64,000 nt of DNA from an uncultured Gemmatimonadales bacterium. GTDB taxonomy: Bacteria > Gemmatimonadota > Gemmatimonadetes > Gemmatimonadales > GWC2-71-9. A model generated the notes under the pieces. The model saw nothing but the letters and a program-made list of their open reading frames with translations. It had not been told where the DNA came from and made no database searches. Location of the stretch: assembly GCA_963828735.1 (NCBI GenBank), contig CAWHFW010000002.1, positions 160,001 to 224,000 on the forward strand. Direction: 5' to 3'. Below, piece by piece: positions 63,348 through 64,000 of this stretch. Both the position numbers and the translations under genes were made by a program. Position 1 is the first letter of the stretch, and each line of letters opens with the position of its first letter.

Positions 63348-64000
63348 CTACTTACAGTACGCCTTCGTCATCGCCGCGACGCGCGGCTTGTACTGCTTGA
63401 TGATGCCCAGATTCTTGTCCACCGCCTCCGGGTTCGCCGTCCGGCCGGCCGTCAGAGCCGTCTCGGCCTCGCCGAGCAGCGCCCCCTCCTGCTTCGCCAG
63501 GTCGCACGACTTGCCCTTCTCAGCCTGTGGATCGATCTGCGGGACCTGGAACAGCGTGGCGAGACCCAGCAGATAGTTCGCGGCCGGCGCAACCTTCCCC
63601 GCCGGATTCGCGGCGGAGACCGACATCCGGAGCAGCTCCGCCGCACCCTGGAGATCCTGCGGCTGTTGCAGCAGCGGGGCGGCGCCCGTGTAGAGCAGCG
63701 CGGCCGCGTTCTCCTTGGCCTGTGGATCGCCGTGTTTGATTGTGTAGTCGAGGAACGGCACGGCCTCCTTCGGGCGCTTCGCATCGATGAGCGCTTTGGC
63801 CGCATTCAGGGCGGGCACAACCGCCCCGGTGTCCTTGGCCATGAGTCGGTTGGTCACCGCCACCACGCTGTCCGTCTGCCCGGTCATGGTGTACGCCTTG
63901 TTCAGGTAGCCGAGCAGGGTGGGATTGTCAGGATACTTCCGCACGCCCACCTGCGACCACTTGAGCAGGCGCGCCGTATCGGCCACCCCACCTGCCGCGG
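63348..64000 (-). CDS. TPR-like all-helical protein, 5' part outside the window
   Basis: Helical repeats (VRKYPDNPTLLGYLNKAY, ANYLLGLA); frame open to the window edge. Confidence 0.7.
   Translation of the reverse strand, partial: AAGGVADTARLLKWSQVGVRKYPDNPTLLGYLNKAYTMTGQTDSVVAVTNRLMAKDTGAVVPALNAAKALIDAKRPKEAVPFLDYTIKHGDPQAKENAAALLYTGAAPLLQQPQDLQGAAELLRMSVSAANPAGKVAPAANYLLGLATLFQVPQIDPQAEKGKSCDLAKQEGALLGEAETALTAGRTANPEAVDKNLGIIKQYKPRVAAMTKAYCK

Overview
High-GC, densely coding core-chromosome segment, almost entirely on the minus strand. Gene order and protein styles suggest a Gemmatimonadota-like (FCB group) bacterium; this is an inference. In transcription order (right to left): partial TPR gene; tRNA-Asp(GTC) with promoter and terminator; a dcw cluster lacking mraZ, murB and ddl (rsmH-ftsL-ftsI-murE-murF-mraY-murD-ftsW-murG-murC-ftsQ-ftsA-ftsZ) that runs on into an M23 peptidase, hisA, a vWA membrane protein, ftsY and recG; a plus-strand PQQ-propeller/small exported protein pair; asnS; mazG (plus strand); alr-DUF1844-deoB-cdd-lipoprotein-FadL-like barrel; miaB-comFB-comEC-fbp-split methylmalonyl-CoA mutase; fmdB-argS-pfkB-purM-ribDE-ribBA-ribH-nusB-GT4-hpf-hprK-mannose-type PTS-ptsH-ptsI; metK-ahcY; DUF151 plus a membrane protein; and a cobalamin-riboswitch-controlled btuF-btuC-btuD-TonB receptor-beta-propeller lipoprotein operon. 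No CRISPR, transposase or prophage genes were seen. Many single-base indels break essential genes (very dense at about 49.4-53.1 kb) and look like long-read assembly errors. Best leads: an adjacent BamH-like lipoprotein/BamG-like barrel pair, a BtuG-like lipoprotein missed by the ORF track, an unannotated 39-codon ORF linking purM to ribD, and comFB next to comEC.
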